From: Eledone cirrhosa
Lineage: Eukaryota
Assembly: GCA_964016885.1 (NCBI GenBank)
Contig: OZ024745.1
Coordinates: 73,284,001 to 73,348,000 of the forward strand
DNA: 64,000 nt
Reading direction: 5' to 3'
This document shows positions 1-13,883 of this stretch, one piece after another. The first letter of the stretch is position 1. Each line of letters begins with the position of its first letter. The notes under the pieces were generated by a model. The model made no database searches. It worked only from the letters and a program-made list of their open reading frames with translations, and was not told where the DNA came from. The translations under genes were made by a program, and so were the position numbers.

Positions 1-547
1 AAGGTTTCTTGGTGAGGAGGGTGACTTTGGACATCCTGCAGGACTAAAAACAAAACCTGTCAAAGGGCAAAGGAGCTCTTAAGAGTCAATGGCCATCCAA
101 AATCACCGGGAGAGATGACCCCTTTAGCCTTAGTCAAGGCAGAATTCTAGGAGAAGGAAAACTCTGATATAACACCTGCAACCCTGATGGTATCCAATGA
201 TGTTGACTTGTTCTTCTTTTTGGTAAATAGCATCTTGGTTAAGAGAGTGGGACTGGCTTTGTGCAGTGCCTTTGCTCACTATAAAAGCTTCACGGCACAG
301 GCATTGCTTTATATCTGGAGATCTCTCTGCACTTGTCCTCACATGAGCCCAGCACTATGTGTCAATAATTGTCCTACCATGGGCCTAGCACTATGTGTCA
401 ATAATTGTCACAGGTGTAGTGTTTGTACCAGAGGTTTCAAGTCGCTGGCTGGACTAAAAAGTCACACTCGTTCAGCGCTTCGGTAGGGGTTATCCTACAT
501 GGATGTAAAGTAGTGGCCGTACTCGAAAACGAGTTGGCAGCCACCAT
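1..547 (+). repeat. ~640-bp interspersed repeat, copy 1 (left end outside window); possibly a short non-autonomous RTE derivative
   Basis: Near-identical to 5102-5712 and 6506-7146. Ends in a stem-loop (gtggc..actcg aaaa cgagt..gccac) fused to (TA)n. Encodes a C2H2-like remnant [17 protein letters not shown]. Confidence 0.75.
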
Positions 548-1020
548 ATGTATGTATATATGTATATATATGTATGTATATATATATATATATGTATGTA
601 TATATATGTATATATATATATGTATATATATGTATATATATGTATGTATATATATGTATATATATGTATATATGTATATATATATATATATGTATATATA
701 TGTATATATATATGTATATATATGTATATATATGTATATATATGTATGTATATGTATGTATATATATGTATATATATGTATATGTATATATATGTATATA
801 TATGTATATGTATATATATGTATATGTATATATATGTATATATATGTATATGTATATATATGTATATATATGTATATATATGTATATATATGTATATATA
901 TATATGTATATATATATATATGTATATATATGTATATATGTATATATATGTATATATATATATGTATATATATATATATGTATATATATGTATATATATA
1001 TATGTATATATATGTATATA
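548..1020. repeat. (TA)n/(TATG) compound microsatellite
   Basis: Direct reading; it produces the artefactual IYIYMY ORFs. Confidence 0.98.
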
Positions 1021-3010
1021 TAACTTTGAATAACTTTGAAATGTTTTGGCCAGTATTGGCCCAGGCCATGTCTAACTTAATAGCACCACCTGGCGAAGTC
1101 TTTCAATTCAGGATTTGGGCACCATGGCCCATTCGAGAAGAGAATTACTGTTTGCGGAGACATATCCGGGTGTGGGTGGTTTGTCCGGGATTACTTGGAG
1201 GAATTTGTCCAAAGACTTCTTGAATCTTGTGTGGTCAGTTTCTGTTTTGACGTGTCCTGGTGTGATGTTGAAGAGAGCAGGGCCGATTGAGGTGAAATAA
1301 TTGTGCCGTATTGTTGTTATGAGTTGCGATTTAGATTTTTGAATGGGACGGATAGCACGGGGCCCAAGCCTTGGGTGTATCTTGAAGGCGATGCCAACAT
1401 CATTTGGGCAGTGATGATGGAACATTTTCCACATCATGCAGATAATATAACGCTCACGGCGACGTTGGAGTGAGTAAAGTTTCAGGTTTTCCAATCGACC
1501 CCAGTAGTCAAGGTCTGACATGCCATCTATCTTTTTCGTGATTGCCCTTTGAGGAGCTTCAAGTTTCATGATACTTTGTTTCGTGTGGGGAGACCACAGT
1601 GGACAACAGTATTCAAGGTGTGGTCGGGCGAAAGTAGAGAAGAGAAGGATAATGGTGCGGGAATCTCTCGACTGGAAGGTTCTGAGGATCCAGGAACACA
1701 TTCTGCGGGCCATGTCAACTTTGCTGCTTATATGCGTGGTCCAGCTTATGTTGCTGTCCACGGTTACTCCCAAGTCTCTGATGTTGTTAGATGCCACGAG
1801 AGTTTCCCCGGAGGGAAGGGAGTACGGGAGTTTCAGAGCATCCTCTTTTCCAAAGTGGATCAGTTCGAATTTGTCTTCGTTCAGTAACATGTTGTTCTTT
1901 TCTGCCCATTGGGTAACAGCCAGTAGGTCTGACTGAAGGCTTATCCGGTCATCCACGCCATTGATGACCTTTTGGAGCTTGGAATCATCAGCGAAAATTT
2001 TAATGTTGCTGTGTTTGATGATGTCAGTGATGTCATTAATATAGATGATGAAGAGAAGTGGGCCCAACACAGTGCCTTGTGGGACTCCACTACTGACTTT
2101 GGCTGGGCTTGATTTGACTCCCTCAACTACAACATGTTGGGTTCTGTTTGACAGGAAGCTCTTGATCCACTGCAGCAGCTTTCCAGTGACACCAATATTG
2201 GACAGCTTTCTCAGTAGAATGTTATGATCAACCCTGTCAAAGGCCTTGCTGAAATCAAGGTAGATAACATCAGTGTTGGAACCCTCTCCCAAGGCTCTCA
2301 AAATGTCATCAAAGTGATGCAGTAGTTGCGTCAGGCAATCCCTTCCATTACGGAATCCATGCTGGTTGGAGTTCAGCATATTGTTACTCTCAAGGAAGTG
2401 GGTCATTCGCGATCTCACCACTCGCTCAAATACCTTAATGATATGAGAGGTGAGTGAGATTGGACGGTAATTCACGGCAAGGGATTTGTTTCCCTTTTTG
2501 AAAACTGGGACAACAGACTGGGATAGAAGGTTTTCTGGCACATATCCAGCATCCAGTGAGTTCCGCCACAGATTGGCAAGAGGAGAAGCAAGTTGGTGTT
2601 GACACGCCTTCAAGACACAAGCAGGGAACCTATCGGGACCTACTGCTGAATTATGTTTGATTTCCTTTATTGCCGCCAAGACATCAGGGGCGCCAAACGT
2701 TATGTCCGATAAGGTGTAATGGGGAGTAACATCGCCGATACAGCCCAGATCGGCCATATCAGGATTGCTGAAAACAGAGCAGTATTGTTTCTGCAGTATC
2801 TCACCCATGGTTTTAGCATTGTCTTGAAGAGTGCCATTTTCATCAATTAGAGGGCCAACAGTAGAGCCAGTGATTTTGTGTTTTTTTGCAAATGAAAAGA
2901 ACACTTTGGGATTGAGTTTGATCTTCTCAATGGCCCAGGCCTCTTCAGCTCTTCTCTGATTGTTGATGAGGGACATTATGTTGTTTTGGAGGTTATGTTT
3001 TTTAATCTCT
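1021..3010 (-). mobile_element. CR1-like non-LTR retrotransposon, 5'-truncated, both ends in (TA)n
   Basis: RT ORF plus short 3' UTR ending in the tandem tail (ttcaaagtta)x2. Confidence 0.9.
1108..2976 (-). CDS. LINE ORF2 reverse transcriptase domain (CR1-like), lacks endonuclease
   Basis: Motifs [40 protein letters not shown] and the CR1-type RPHLEYC..WSPH. Confidence 0.92.
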   Translation of the reverse strand: MSLINNQRRAEEAWAIEKIKLNPKVFFSFAKKHKITGSTVGPLIDENGTLQDNAKTMGEILQKQYCSVFSNPDMADLGCIGDVTPHYTLSDITFGAPDVLAAIKEIKHNSAVGPDRFPACVLKACQHQLASPLANLWRNSLDAGYVPENLLSQSVVPVFKKGNKSLAVNYRPISLTSHIIKVFERVVRSRMTHFLESNNMLNSNQHGFRNGRDCLTQLLHHFDDILRALGEGSNTDVIYLDFSKAFDRVDHNILLRKLSNIGVTGKLLQWIKSFLSNRTQHVVVEGVKSSPAKVSSGVPQGTVLGPLLFIIYINDITDIIKHSNIKIFADDSKLQKVINGVDDRISLQSDLLAVTQWAEKNNMLLNEDKFELIHFGKEDALKLPYSLPSGETLVASNNIRDLGVTVDSNISWTTHISSKVDMARRMCSWILRTFQSRDSRTIILLFSTFARPHLEYCCPLWSPHTKQSIMKLEAPQRAITKKIDGMSDLDYWGRLENLKLYSLQRRRERYIICMMWKMFHHHCPNDVGIAFKIHPRLGPRAIRPIQKSKSQLITTIRHNYFTSIGPALFNITPGHVKTETDHTRFKKSLDKFLQVIPDKPPTPGYVSANSNSLLEWAMVPKS

Positions 3011-3057
3011 ATACATATATGTATATATATGTATATGTATATATATGTATATATATG

Positions 3058-3120
<63 letters not shown>

Positions 3121-3141
3121 GTATATATATGTATATATATG

Positions 3142-3174
<33 letters not shown>

Positions 3175-3233
3175 GTATATATATGTATATATATATATGT
3201 ATATATATGTATATATATATATGTATATATATG

Positions 3234-3280
<47 letters not shown>

Positions 3281-3289
3281 GTATATATG

Positions 3290-3327
<38 letters not shown>

Positions 3328-3355
3328 TATATGTATATATATATATATGTATATA

Positions 3356-3424
<69 letters not shown>

Positions 3425-3473
3425 ATATATATATATATGTATATATGTATATATGTATATATATGTATATATG

Positions 3474-3506
<33 letters not shown>

Positions 3507-3919
3507 GTATATATGTATATATATGTATATATGTATATATGTATATATGTATATATATGTATATATGTATATATGTATATATATATGTATATATGTATAT
3601 ATATATGTATATATGTATATATATATGTATATATGTATATATGTATATATATATGTATATATGTATATATGTATATATATATGTATATATGTATATATAT
3701 ATGTATATATGTATATATGTATGTATGTATATATATATGTATATATATGTTTATATATATATATGTATATATATGTTTATATATATATATGTATATATAT
3801 GTTTATATATGTATATATATATATATGTATATATATGTATATATATATATATGTATATATATATGTATATATATGTATATATATATATATGTATATATGT
3901 ATATATATGTATATATATG

Positions 3920-3954
<35 letters not shown>

Positions 3955-3965
3955 GTATATATATG

Positions 3966-4000
<35 letters not shown>

Positions 4001-4091
4001 GTATATATATGTATATATATATATATATGTATATATATGTATATATGTATATGTATATATATGTATATATATATATATGTATATATATATG

Positions 4092-4142
<51 letters not shown>

Positions 4143-4202
4143 GTATATATATGTATATATATATATATGTATATATGTATATATATATATGTATATATAC
4201 AC

Positions 4203-4235
<33 letters not shown>

Positions 4236-4257
4236 TATATGTATATATATGTATATA

Positions 4258-4298
<41 letters not shown>

Positions 4299-4299
4299 G

Positions 4300-4330
<31 letters not shown>

Positions 4331-4849
4331 GTATATATATATATGTATATATATGTATATATATATATGTATATATATGTATATATATATGTATATATAT
4401 ATATATGTATATATATGTGTATATATATGTATATATATATGTATATATATATGTGTATATATATGTGTATATATATGTGTATATATATATGTATATATAT
4501 ATGTGTATATATATATGTATATGTATATGTATATATATGTATATATATATGTGTATATATATATGTATATGTATATGTATATATATGTATATATATATGT
4601 GTATATGTATATGTATATATATGTATATATATATGTGTATATGTATATGTATATGTATATATATATGTATATATATATGTATATATATATCTATATCTAT
4701 ATGTATATATATATGTATGTATATATATATATGTATATATATATGTGTATATATATATGTATATATATATGTATATATATATGTATATATATATATGTAT
4801 ATATATATATGTATATATATATATGTATGTATATATGTATATATATATG

Positions 4850-4932
<83 letters not shown>

Positions 4933-4955
4933 GTATGTATATATGTATGTATATA

Positions 4956-4996
<41 letters not shown>

Positions 4997-5039
4997 ATAT
5001 GTATGTATATATGTATGTATATATATATGTATATATATG

Positions 5040-5072
<33 letters not shown>

Positions 5073-5100
5073 GTATATATATATATATATATATATGTAT
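3011..5100. repeat. ~2.1 kb (TA)n/(TATG) microsatellite
   Basis: Direct reading. Confidence 0.98.
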
Positions 5101-5101
5101 G

Positions 5102-5712
5102 ATGTCAGGTCACCAGTTGGTGCTACTGGTAACATGTATCCCAGTACAACCTGTCTCATGGTCGGGTCGTTGGCGACTAAACTGGCAACCCCACCAAGGT
5201 TTCTTGGTGAGGAGGGTGACTTTGGACATCCTGCAGGACTAAAAACAAAACCTGTCAAAGGGCAAAGGAGCTCTTAAGAGTCAATGGCCATCCAAAATCA
5301 CCGGGAGAGATAACCCCTTAGCCTTTGTAAAGGCAGAATTCTAGGAGAAGGAAAACTCTGATATAACACCTGCAACCCTGACGGTATCCAATGATGTTGA
5401 CTTGTTCTTCTTTTTGGTAAATATCATCTTGGTTAAGAGAGTGGGACTGGCTTTGTGCAGTGCCTTTGCTCACTATAAAAGTTTCACGGCACAGGCATTG
5501 CTTTATATCTAGAGATCTCTCTGCACTTGTCGTCACATGGAACCATGGGCTCAGCACTATGTGTCAATAATTGTCACAAGTGTAGTGTTTGTACCAGAGT
5601 TTTCAAGTCGCTGGCTGGACTAAAATGTCACACTCGTTCAGCGCATCGGTAGGGGTTCTCCTACATGGATATAAAGTAGTGGCCGTACTCGAAAACGAGT
5701 TGGCAGCCACCA
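5102..5712 (+). repeat. ~640-bp interspersed repeat, copy 2 (more diverged)
   Basis: Matches 6506-7146 with substitutions and one fewer internal gcactatgtgtcaataattgtc unit; flanked by (TA)n. Confidence 0.8.
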
Positions 5713-5728
5713 TATATATATGTATATA

Positions 5729-5776
<48 letters not shown>

Positions 5777-5846
5777 GAAAAAGAGATGAAATCGAAAATG
5801 CAACTGAAGTCTTATTTTTCTAAAAAATATATATATTTATTTGGTT

Positions 5847-5884
5847 CCTTTACCGGTTTCGCAGTTCTTCTGCTTTTCAAAAGG
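5847..5884 (-). ncRNA. Minimal type I hammerhead ribozyme, U3-A8 core variant
   Basis: cctt TTGAAAA gcag aagaa ctgc GAAA ccgg TA aagg. Confidence 0.65.
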
Positions 5885-6056
5885 TGAGTTGAGATGGAGG
5901 GTCTGTGGGATGTGATAAAAACCATGTGGGATGTGAGAAAAACCATGTGAGAAAAACCACAGACCCTCCATCTCAAGAGAAAAACCATGTGAGAAAACCA
6001 TGTGGGATGTGAGAAAAACCATGTGAGAAAAACCACAGACCCTTCATCTCAACTCA

Positions 6057-6094
6057 CCTTTTGAAAAGCAGAAGAACTGCGAAACCGGTATAGG
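6057..6094 (+). ncRNA. Minimal type I hammerhead ribozyme, U3-A8 core variant
   Basis: cctt TTGAAAA gcag aagaa ctgc GAAA ccgg TA tagg (one stem I mismatch). Confidence 0.6.
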
Positions 6095-6258
6095 AACCAA
6101 ATAAATATATATATTTTTTAGAAAAATAAGACTTCAGTTGCATTTTCGATTTCATCTATTTTTCTTTATACTTTCACTCGTGTAGGACACCTCGGTTATT
6201 TTTCATTTTGTAAAAATAACCTCACTTTCTAATGTATATATATATATATATATGTATA

Positions 6259-6337
<79 letters not shown>

Positions 6338-6361
6338 ATATATATATATATATATGTGTAT

Positions 6362-6395
<34 letters not shown>

Positions 6396-6505
6396 ATGTG
6401 TATATATATATGTATATATATGTATATATATGTATATATATGTATGTATATATGTATATATATATGTATATATGTATATATGTATGTATATATGTATATA
6501 TATTT

Positions 6506-7146
6506 ATGTCAGGTCACCAGTTGGTGCTACTGGTAACATGTATCCCAGTACAACCTGTCTCATGGTCGGGTCGTTGGCGACTAAACTGGCAACCCCACCA
6601 AGGTTTCTTGGTGAGGAGGGTGACTTTGGACATCCTGCAGGACTAAAAACAAAACCTGTCAAAGGGCAAAGGAGCTCTTAAGAGTCAATGGCCATCCAAA
6701 ATCACCGGGAGAGATGACCCCTTTAGCCTTAGTCAAGGCAGAATTCTAGGAGAAGGAAAACTCTGATATAACACCTGCAACCCTGATGGTATCCAATGAT
6801 GTTGACTTGTTCTTCTTTTTGGTAAATAGCATCTTGGTTAAGAGAGTGGGACTGGCTTTGTGCAGTGCCTTTGCTCACTATAAAAGCTTCACGGCACAGG
6901 CATTGCTTTATATCTGGAGATCTCTCTGCACTTGTCCTCACATGAGCCCAGCACTATGTGTCAATAATTGTCCTACCATGGGCCTAGCACTATGTGTCAA
7001 TAATTGTCACAGGTGTAGTGTTTGTACCAGAGGTTTCAAGTCGCTGGCTGGACTAAAAAGTCACACTCGTTCAGCGCTTCGGTAGGGGTTATCCTACATG
7101 GATGTAAAGTAGTGGCCGTACTCGAAAACGAGTTGGCAGCCACCAT
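6506..7146 (+). repeat. ~640-bp interspersed repeat, copy 3
   Basis: Appears identical to 1-547 over the overlap, including the following microsatellite interruption pattern. Confidence 0.8.
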
Positions 7147-7398
7147 ATGTATGTATATATGTATATATATGTATGTATATATATATATATATGTATGTAT
7201 ATATATGTATATATATATATGTATATATATGTATATATATGTATGTATATATATGTATATATATGTATATATGTATATATATATATATATGTATATATAT
7301 GTATATATATATGTATATATATGTATATATATGTATATATATGTATGTATATGTATGTATATATATGTATATGTATGTATATGTATATATATGTATAT

Positions 7399-8400
7399 AA
7401 ACAATTTAAACCATCCACTCTCGCCTCAACATTTTTGCTTAATGTCCAAGGCATCAGCCCTTCCACCAATACTCAAAAATGGAAGATCAAATTCCTGGAG
7501 CACTGGGTTGATGTCCATCCAAACCACATCCCTTTCTTCGTCCTCAGTGAAACCCATCTCAGTAACCTCCACTTGGAAGCCGAGGTGAAAGTGAAAAATT
7601 TCAAAGCCATCTGTGCTGATCGCGCTGGCAGAAGAAAGGGTGGGACTGCCATTTATGTCCATAATTCTTTCTCAACAGAGGCTATGAACATATTTACTAA
7701 TGGATACTGCGAAGCAGTCACTGTATTCAGTCAAACCAACAACCTAATAGTAGTTGGGCTCTATAGGCCACCCCAAACGCCTCTACCATGCTTCAAGGAA
7801 TGCCTCAACAGCGTAAAGTGTTTCATCCAAGAGTGTCACCCTGACAACATCTTAATGATGGGGGACTTCAAACTCCCCGGATTTGACTGGTCCACAAACA
7901 GCCTGCCACCAGGTTCTTCTGCCTCAACCTCTGACAGGGAAGCAGTGGAATCGCTTCTTGACTTCATGGATGATTTCTTCCTGTCCCAACTGGTGCTCGA
8001 ACCATTGAGGTGCCACAAAAACGTCCTAGACTTAATTTTCAGCAATCACACTGACAATATCCACAATATTGCAGTGGAGAAAACTCTACTCTCTGATCAT
8101 GACATGGTTCTCTGTGATCTGAGATTCCACCGTCCAATATACAAACCCAATGTCATCTCTCCCGTCCATCCATTTGACGCTATGGATTTCCACAATGCAA
8201 ACTGGGAAGCGATCAGTCATGATCTTGCACATGTCGACTGGTCCTTCACGCACACTCATACACCCACTAACATCAAAAAGTCCTGGCAGACATTTGTGGA
8301 CACTGTTACAAACATATGTGCAAAACACACCCCATTAAGAACTATAAACAAATCTAAGAGCAGAATCCCTAGAAATAGAAAAACGCTCATCAGGAAGACA
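7399..8400 (+). pseudogene. APE-type endonuclease domain of LINE ORF2
   Basis: Motifs LSETHL, GGTAIYV, LYRPP, MGDF, LDLIFS, SDH. Confidence 0.88.
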
Positions 8401-8491
8401 AATACTGAACGAAGACAAATTCGAACTGATCCACTTTGGAAAAGAGGATGCTCTGAAACTCCAGTACTCCCTTCCCTCCGGGGAAACTCTC

Positions 8492-9181
8492 GTGGCATCT
8501 AACAACATCAGAGACTTGGGAGTAACCGTGGACAGCAACATAAGCTGGACCACGCATATAAGCAGCAAAGTTGACATGGCCCGCAAAATGTGTTCCTGGA
8601 TCCTCAGAACCTTCCAGTCGAGAGATTCCCGCACCATTATCCTTCTCTTCTCTACTTTCGCCCGACCACACCTTGAATACTGTTGTCCACTGTGGTCTCC
8701 CCACACGAAACAAAGTATCATGAAACTTGAAGCTCCTCAAAGGGCAATCACGAAAAAGATAGATGGCATGTCAGACCTTGACTACTGGGGTCGATTAGAA
8801 AACCTGAAACTTGACTCACTCCAACGTCGCCGTGAGCGTTATATTATCTGCATGATGTGGAAAATGTTCCATCATCACTGCCCAAATGATGTTGGCATCG
8901 CCTTCAAGATACACCCAATGCTTGGGCCCCGTGATATCCGTCCCATTCAAAAATCCAAATCGCAACTCATAACAACAATAGGGCACAATTATTTCACCTC
9001 AATCGGCCCTGCTCTCTTCAACATCACACCAGGACACGTCAAAACAGAAACTGACCACACAAAATTCAAGAAGTCTTTGGACAAATTCCTCCAAGTAATC
9101 CCGGACAAACCACCCACACCCGGATATGTCTCCGCAAACAGTAATTCTCTTCTCGAATGGGCCATGGTGCCCAAATCCTGA
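8492..9181 (+). pseudogene. C-terminal part of CR1-like ORF2
   Basis: Nearly identical to the last ~230 aa of 1108-2976. Confidence 0.88.
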
Positions 9182-9290
9182 ATTGAAAGACTTCGCCAGG
9201 TGGTGCTATTAAGTTAGACATGGCCTGGGCCAATACTGGCCAAAACATTTCAAAGTTATTCAAAGTTATATATACGTATATATGTATATG

Positions 9291-9321
<31 letters not shown>

Positions 9322-9382
9322 GTATATGTATATGTATATATATGTATATATATATGTATATGTATATATATGTATATGTATA

Positions 9383-9487
<105 letters not shown>

Positions 9488-9763
9488 GTATATATATATA
9501 TATGAATATATATGTATATATATGTATATATATATATGTATATATATATATATGAATATATATGTATATATATGTATATATATATATGTATATATATATA
9601 TATGAATATATATGTATATATATGTATATATATATATGTATATATATATATATGTATATATATATATGTATATATATATGTATATATATATATGTATATA
9701 TATATACGTATATATGTATGTATATGTATATGTATATATATATGTATATGTATATATGTATAT

Positions 9764-10276
9764 AGAGGCGAACTAGCCTACAAATTTAGAAGAGCCCTAA
9801 AGAAACATGATCTCAATATTAAGATAGTAGAAAGACCTGGTACCTCCGTAAAAACACTTATTAGCAAGACATACCCGTTCCAAAGACCCTCATGTATAGA
9901 TAAGAAATGTATAACCTGTAAAATAAGCCCCCATATTAACTGTAAAACTAGAAATGTAGTATATAGCATAAGATGTACTGAAGGACAATGTAGAAACAAA
10001 AATATAGTGTACATAGGTGAGACAGCTCGTAGTATAGGGGAACGAATAAATGAACACTGGCGAGACCTCCAAGATAGTAAAGAATCATCTGTGCTCTACC
10101 AACATGCTAAGATAGAACACAGGGGTAAATTAGAGAGCATAGAAATAAAAATAGAATCCACACACAAGAAAGACGCAATGTTTAGGCAAATTACAGAGGC
10201 AGTAAGCATAAAAGAATTAAAACCAAAATTAAATAGAAAATATGAGTGGAACAGCAACATCACAACTTACAATTAA
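9764..10276 (+). pseudogene. PLE linker + GIY-YIG endonuclease (fragment)
   Basis: C..KKC..C linker; NVVYSIRC...[16 protein letters not shown]; LYQHA..EH; EA..I....P.LN. Confidence 0.85.
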
Positions 10277-10611
10277 GGACAAAATGAAAACACACACAGG
10301 ACAAAATGAAAACACACACACACATAGAACAAACAACTTACAATTAAGGACAGAATGAAAACACACACAGGACAGAATGAAAACACACACAGGACAAAAT
10401 GAAAACACACACACACATAGAACAAACAACCAACCAACAATAAATAAATAAATAAACAAACAAATATAAATAGAAAAATAGAAAAATGAATACAAACACA
10501 CACAGACACCCGGATGTGGCGCATGCGCAAACTGAACACGCAACCCACACACAAACAAAATGGCTTAGGATAGAAGAAAGGAAAGGCACAGAAACGAAGA
10601 AAGAAATCCCC

Positions 10612-10656
10612 AGTCACTGAAGAGGTCACATAGTGTGTGACGAAAGAACTATGACT
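10612..10656 (+). ncRNA. Minimal type I hammerhead ribozyme in PLE pLTR
   Basis: agtca CTGAAGA g gtcaca tagtg tgtgac GAAA gaac TA tgact. Confidence 0.8.
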
Positions 10657-10799
10657 ATATATATATAAACAACTATCTGGTTGTGGAACCAACCAACCAA
10701 CCAGAAATTTATAAATTTATAAATATATATTAAATTAAATTGAAGTGAAAGCAACTGGTGCGTGTGTTTCTTATTGGCAACATGACCCTCCCAAAGTAT

Positions 10800-10841
<42 letters not shown>

Positions 10842-10843
<2 letters not shown>

Positions 10844-11400
10844 ACTCTTTTACTCTTTTACCTGTTTCAGCCATCCGGCTGAGGCCATGCTGGGGCACCG
10901 CCCTTGTTGCTACACATTTTATCTCCAGCCTGTATAGGTTGGCCACTGGTGTAGGAGGGAGTTTGTTGCTGCTGCCCTTAGGTTTCCCTCGTGTCTTGCT
11001 GTGGGCTCATCCGGGATCCTGGATAACAAGGTGTCGAGATGTTTCTTAAAGACATCCACCTCCACGTCATGCAAGTCTCGCAGATGCCTCGGCAGCCTGT
11101 TGAAGAGTTGAGGGCCCTTGAATCCCAGGCTATTGCAATACCTGCTCCTTATTCCAGATGTGGAAGACGGGACCTTTGGCACCACACAGTGACGTCCTGT
11201 TCGACGGTTGGTCCAGCTCCCAATGCCAAAGTTTGGTGCTAGTCCCTCCAGGATTTTCCACATGTAGATCACTGCGTATCTCTCCCGTCTTCGCTCCAAG
11301 GAGTAGAGGTTCAGTTCCTTCAGCCTCTCCCAGTAGCTTGTCTCCCTCATCTTGGCAATCCTCTTGGTGTAGCTTCGCTGGATTGCCTCAAGCTCTGTGG
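10842..11400 (-). mobile_element. 3' fragment of a second CR1-like LINE family
   Basis: ORF 10919-11400 ([20 protein letters not shown]...) is homologous to the 1108-2976 C-terminus; short repeat tail (aaagagta). Confidence 0.8.
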
Positions 11401-13339
<1,939 letters not shown>

Positions 13340-13539
13340 NNNNNNNNNNNNNNNNNNNNNNNNNNNNNNNNNNNNNNNNNNNNNNNNNNNNNNNNNNNNN
13401 NNNNNNNNNNNNNNNNNNNNNNNNNNNNNNNNNNNNNNNNNNNNNNNNNNNNNNNNNNNNNNNNNNNNNNNNNNNNNNNNNNNNNNNNNNNNNNNNNNNN
13501 NNNNNNNNNNNNNNNNNNNNNNNNNNNNNNNNNNNNNNN
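13340..13539. other. Assembly gap (200 N)
   Basis: Run of n. Confidence 1.
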
Positions 13540-13693
13540 AGTCCCTATCATCTCATTTCTACAGCTGAGTAAACTGGAGCAATGTGAAATAAAGTGCCTT
13601 GCTCAAGGAAACAACACATCACCCAGTCTGAGAATTGAACTCACAACCTTTCGATTGCAAGGCCAATACTCTAACCACTAAGCCATGTGCCTC
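13540..13693 (-). mobile_element. tRNA-derived SINE (5' part)
   Basis: A box TGGCTTAGTGG, B box GAGTTCAATTC, body ccttgagcaaggcacttta; identical copy at 18856-19009. Confidence 0.85.
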
Positions 13694-13883
13694 GATATAT
13701 TTTTATATATATATATCCATATATATATATATATCCATATATATATATATATACCCATATATATATATATATATCCATATATATATATATATATATCCAT
13801 ATATATATATATATATATCCATATATATATATATATATATCCATATATATATATATATATATATCCATATATATATATATATC

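Larger units (their letters stand above)
5777..6230. mobile_element. Non-coding fold-back HHR element (inverted pLTR-like arms) in (TA)n
   Basis: Arms ~5777-5908 and ~6033-6165 are reverse complements. The centre is iterated ccatgtgagaaaaa/ccatgtgggatgtga snippets. Confidence 0.75.
7399..9268 (+). mobile_element. CR1-like LINE copy with internal deletion of the RT domain
   Basis: APE region joined at ~8400 directly to the C-terminus and 3' UTR, which are near-identical to 1021-1885 reversed. Confidence 0.88.
9764..10803 (+). mobile_element. Penelope-like element, 5'-truncated, with 3' pLTR, in (TA)n
   Basis: GIY-YIG ORF, then HHR, then the terminus gaccctcccaaagtataacaa-(TA)n shared with ~20079, 46653/47157 and ~58088. 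Confidence 0.85.

Noticed and set aside
2960-5277. Long ORFs of 300-760 aa rich in I/Y/M/V/C/H (also 11158-13681, 16049-20143)
   Set aside because: Translations of stop-free (TA)n-type microsatellites; not genes.
13600-13693. tRNA gene
   Set aside because: A/B boxes present but no clean cloverleaf, and followed by a SINE body.
13540-13720. Exact duplication of SINE plus flank with 18856-19030 as a biological event
   Set aside because: It starts precisely at the gap edge, so an assembly overlap artefact is at least as likely.
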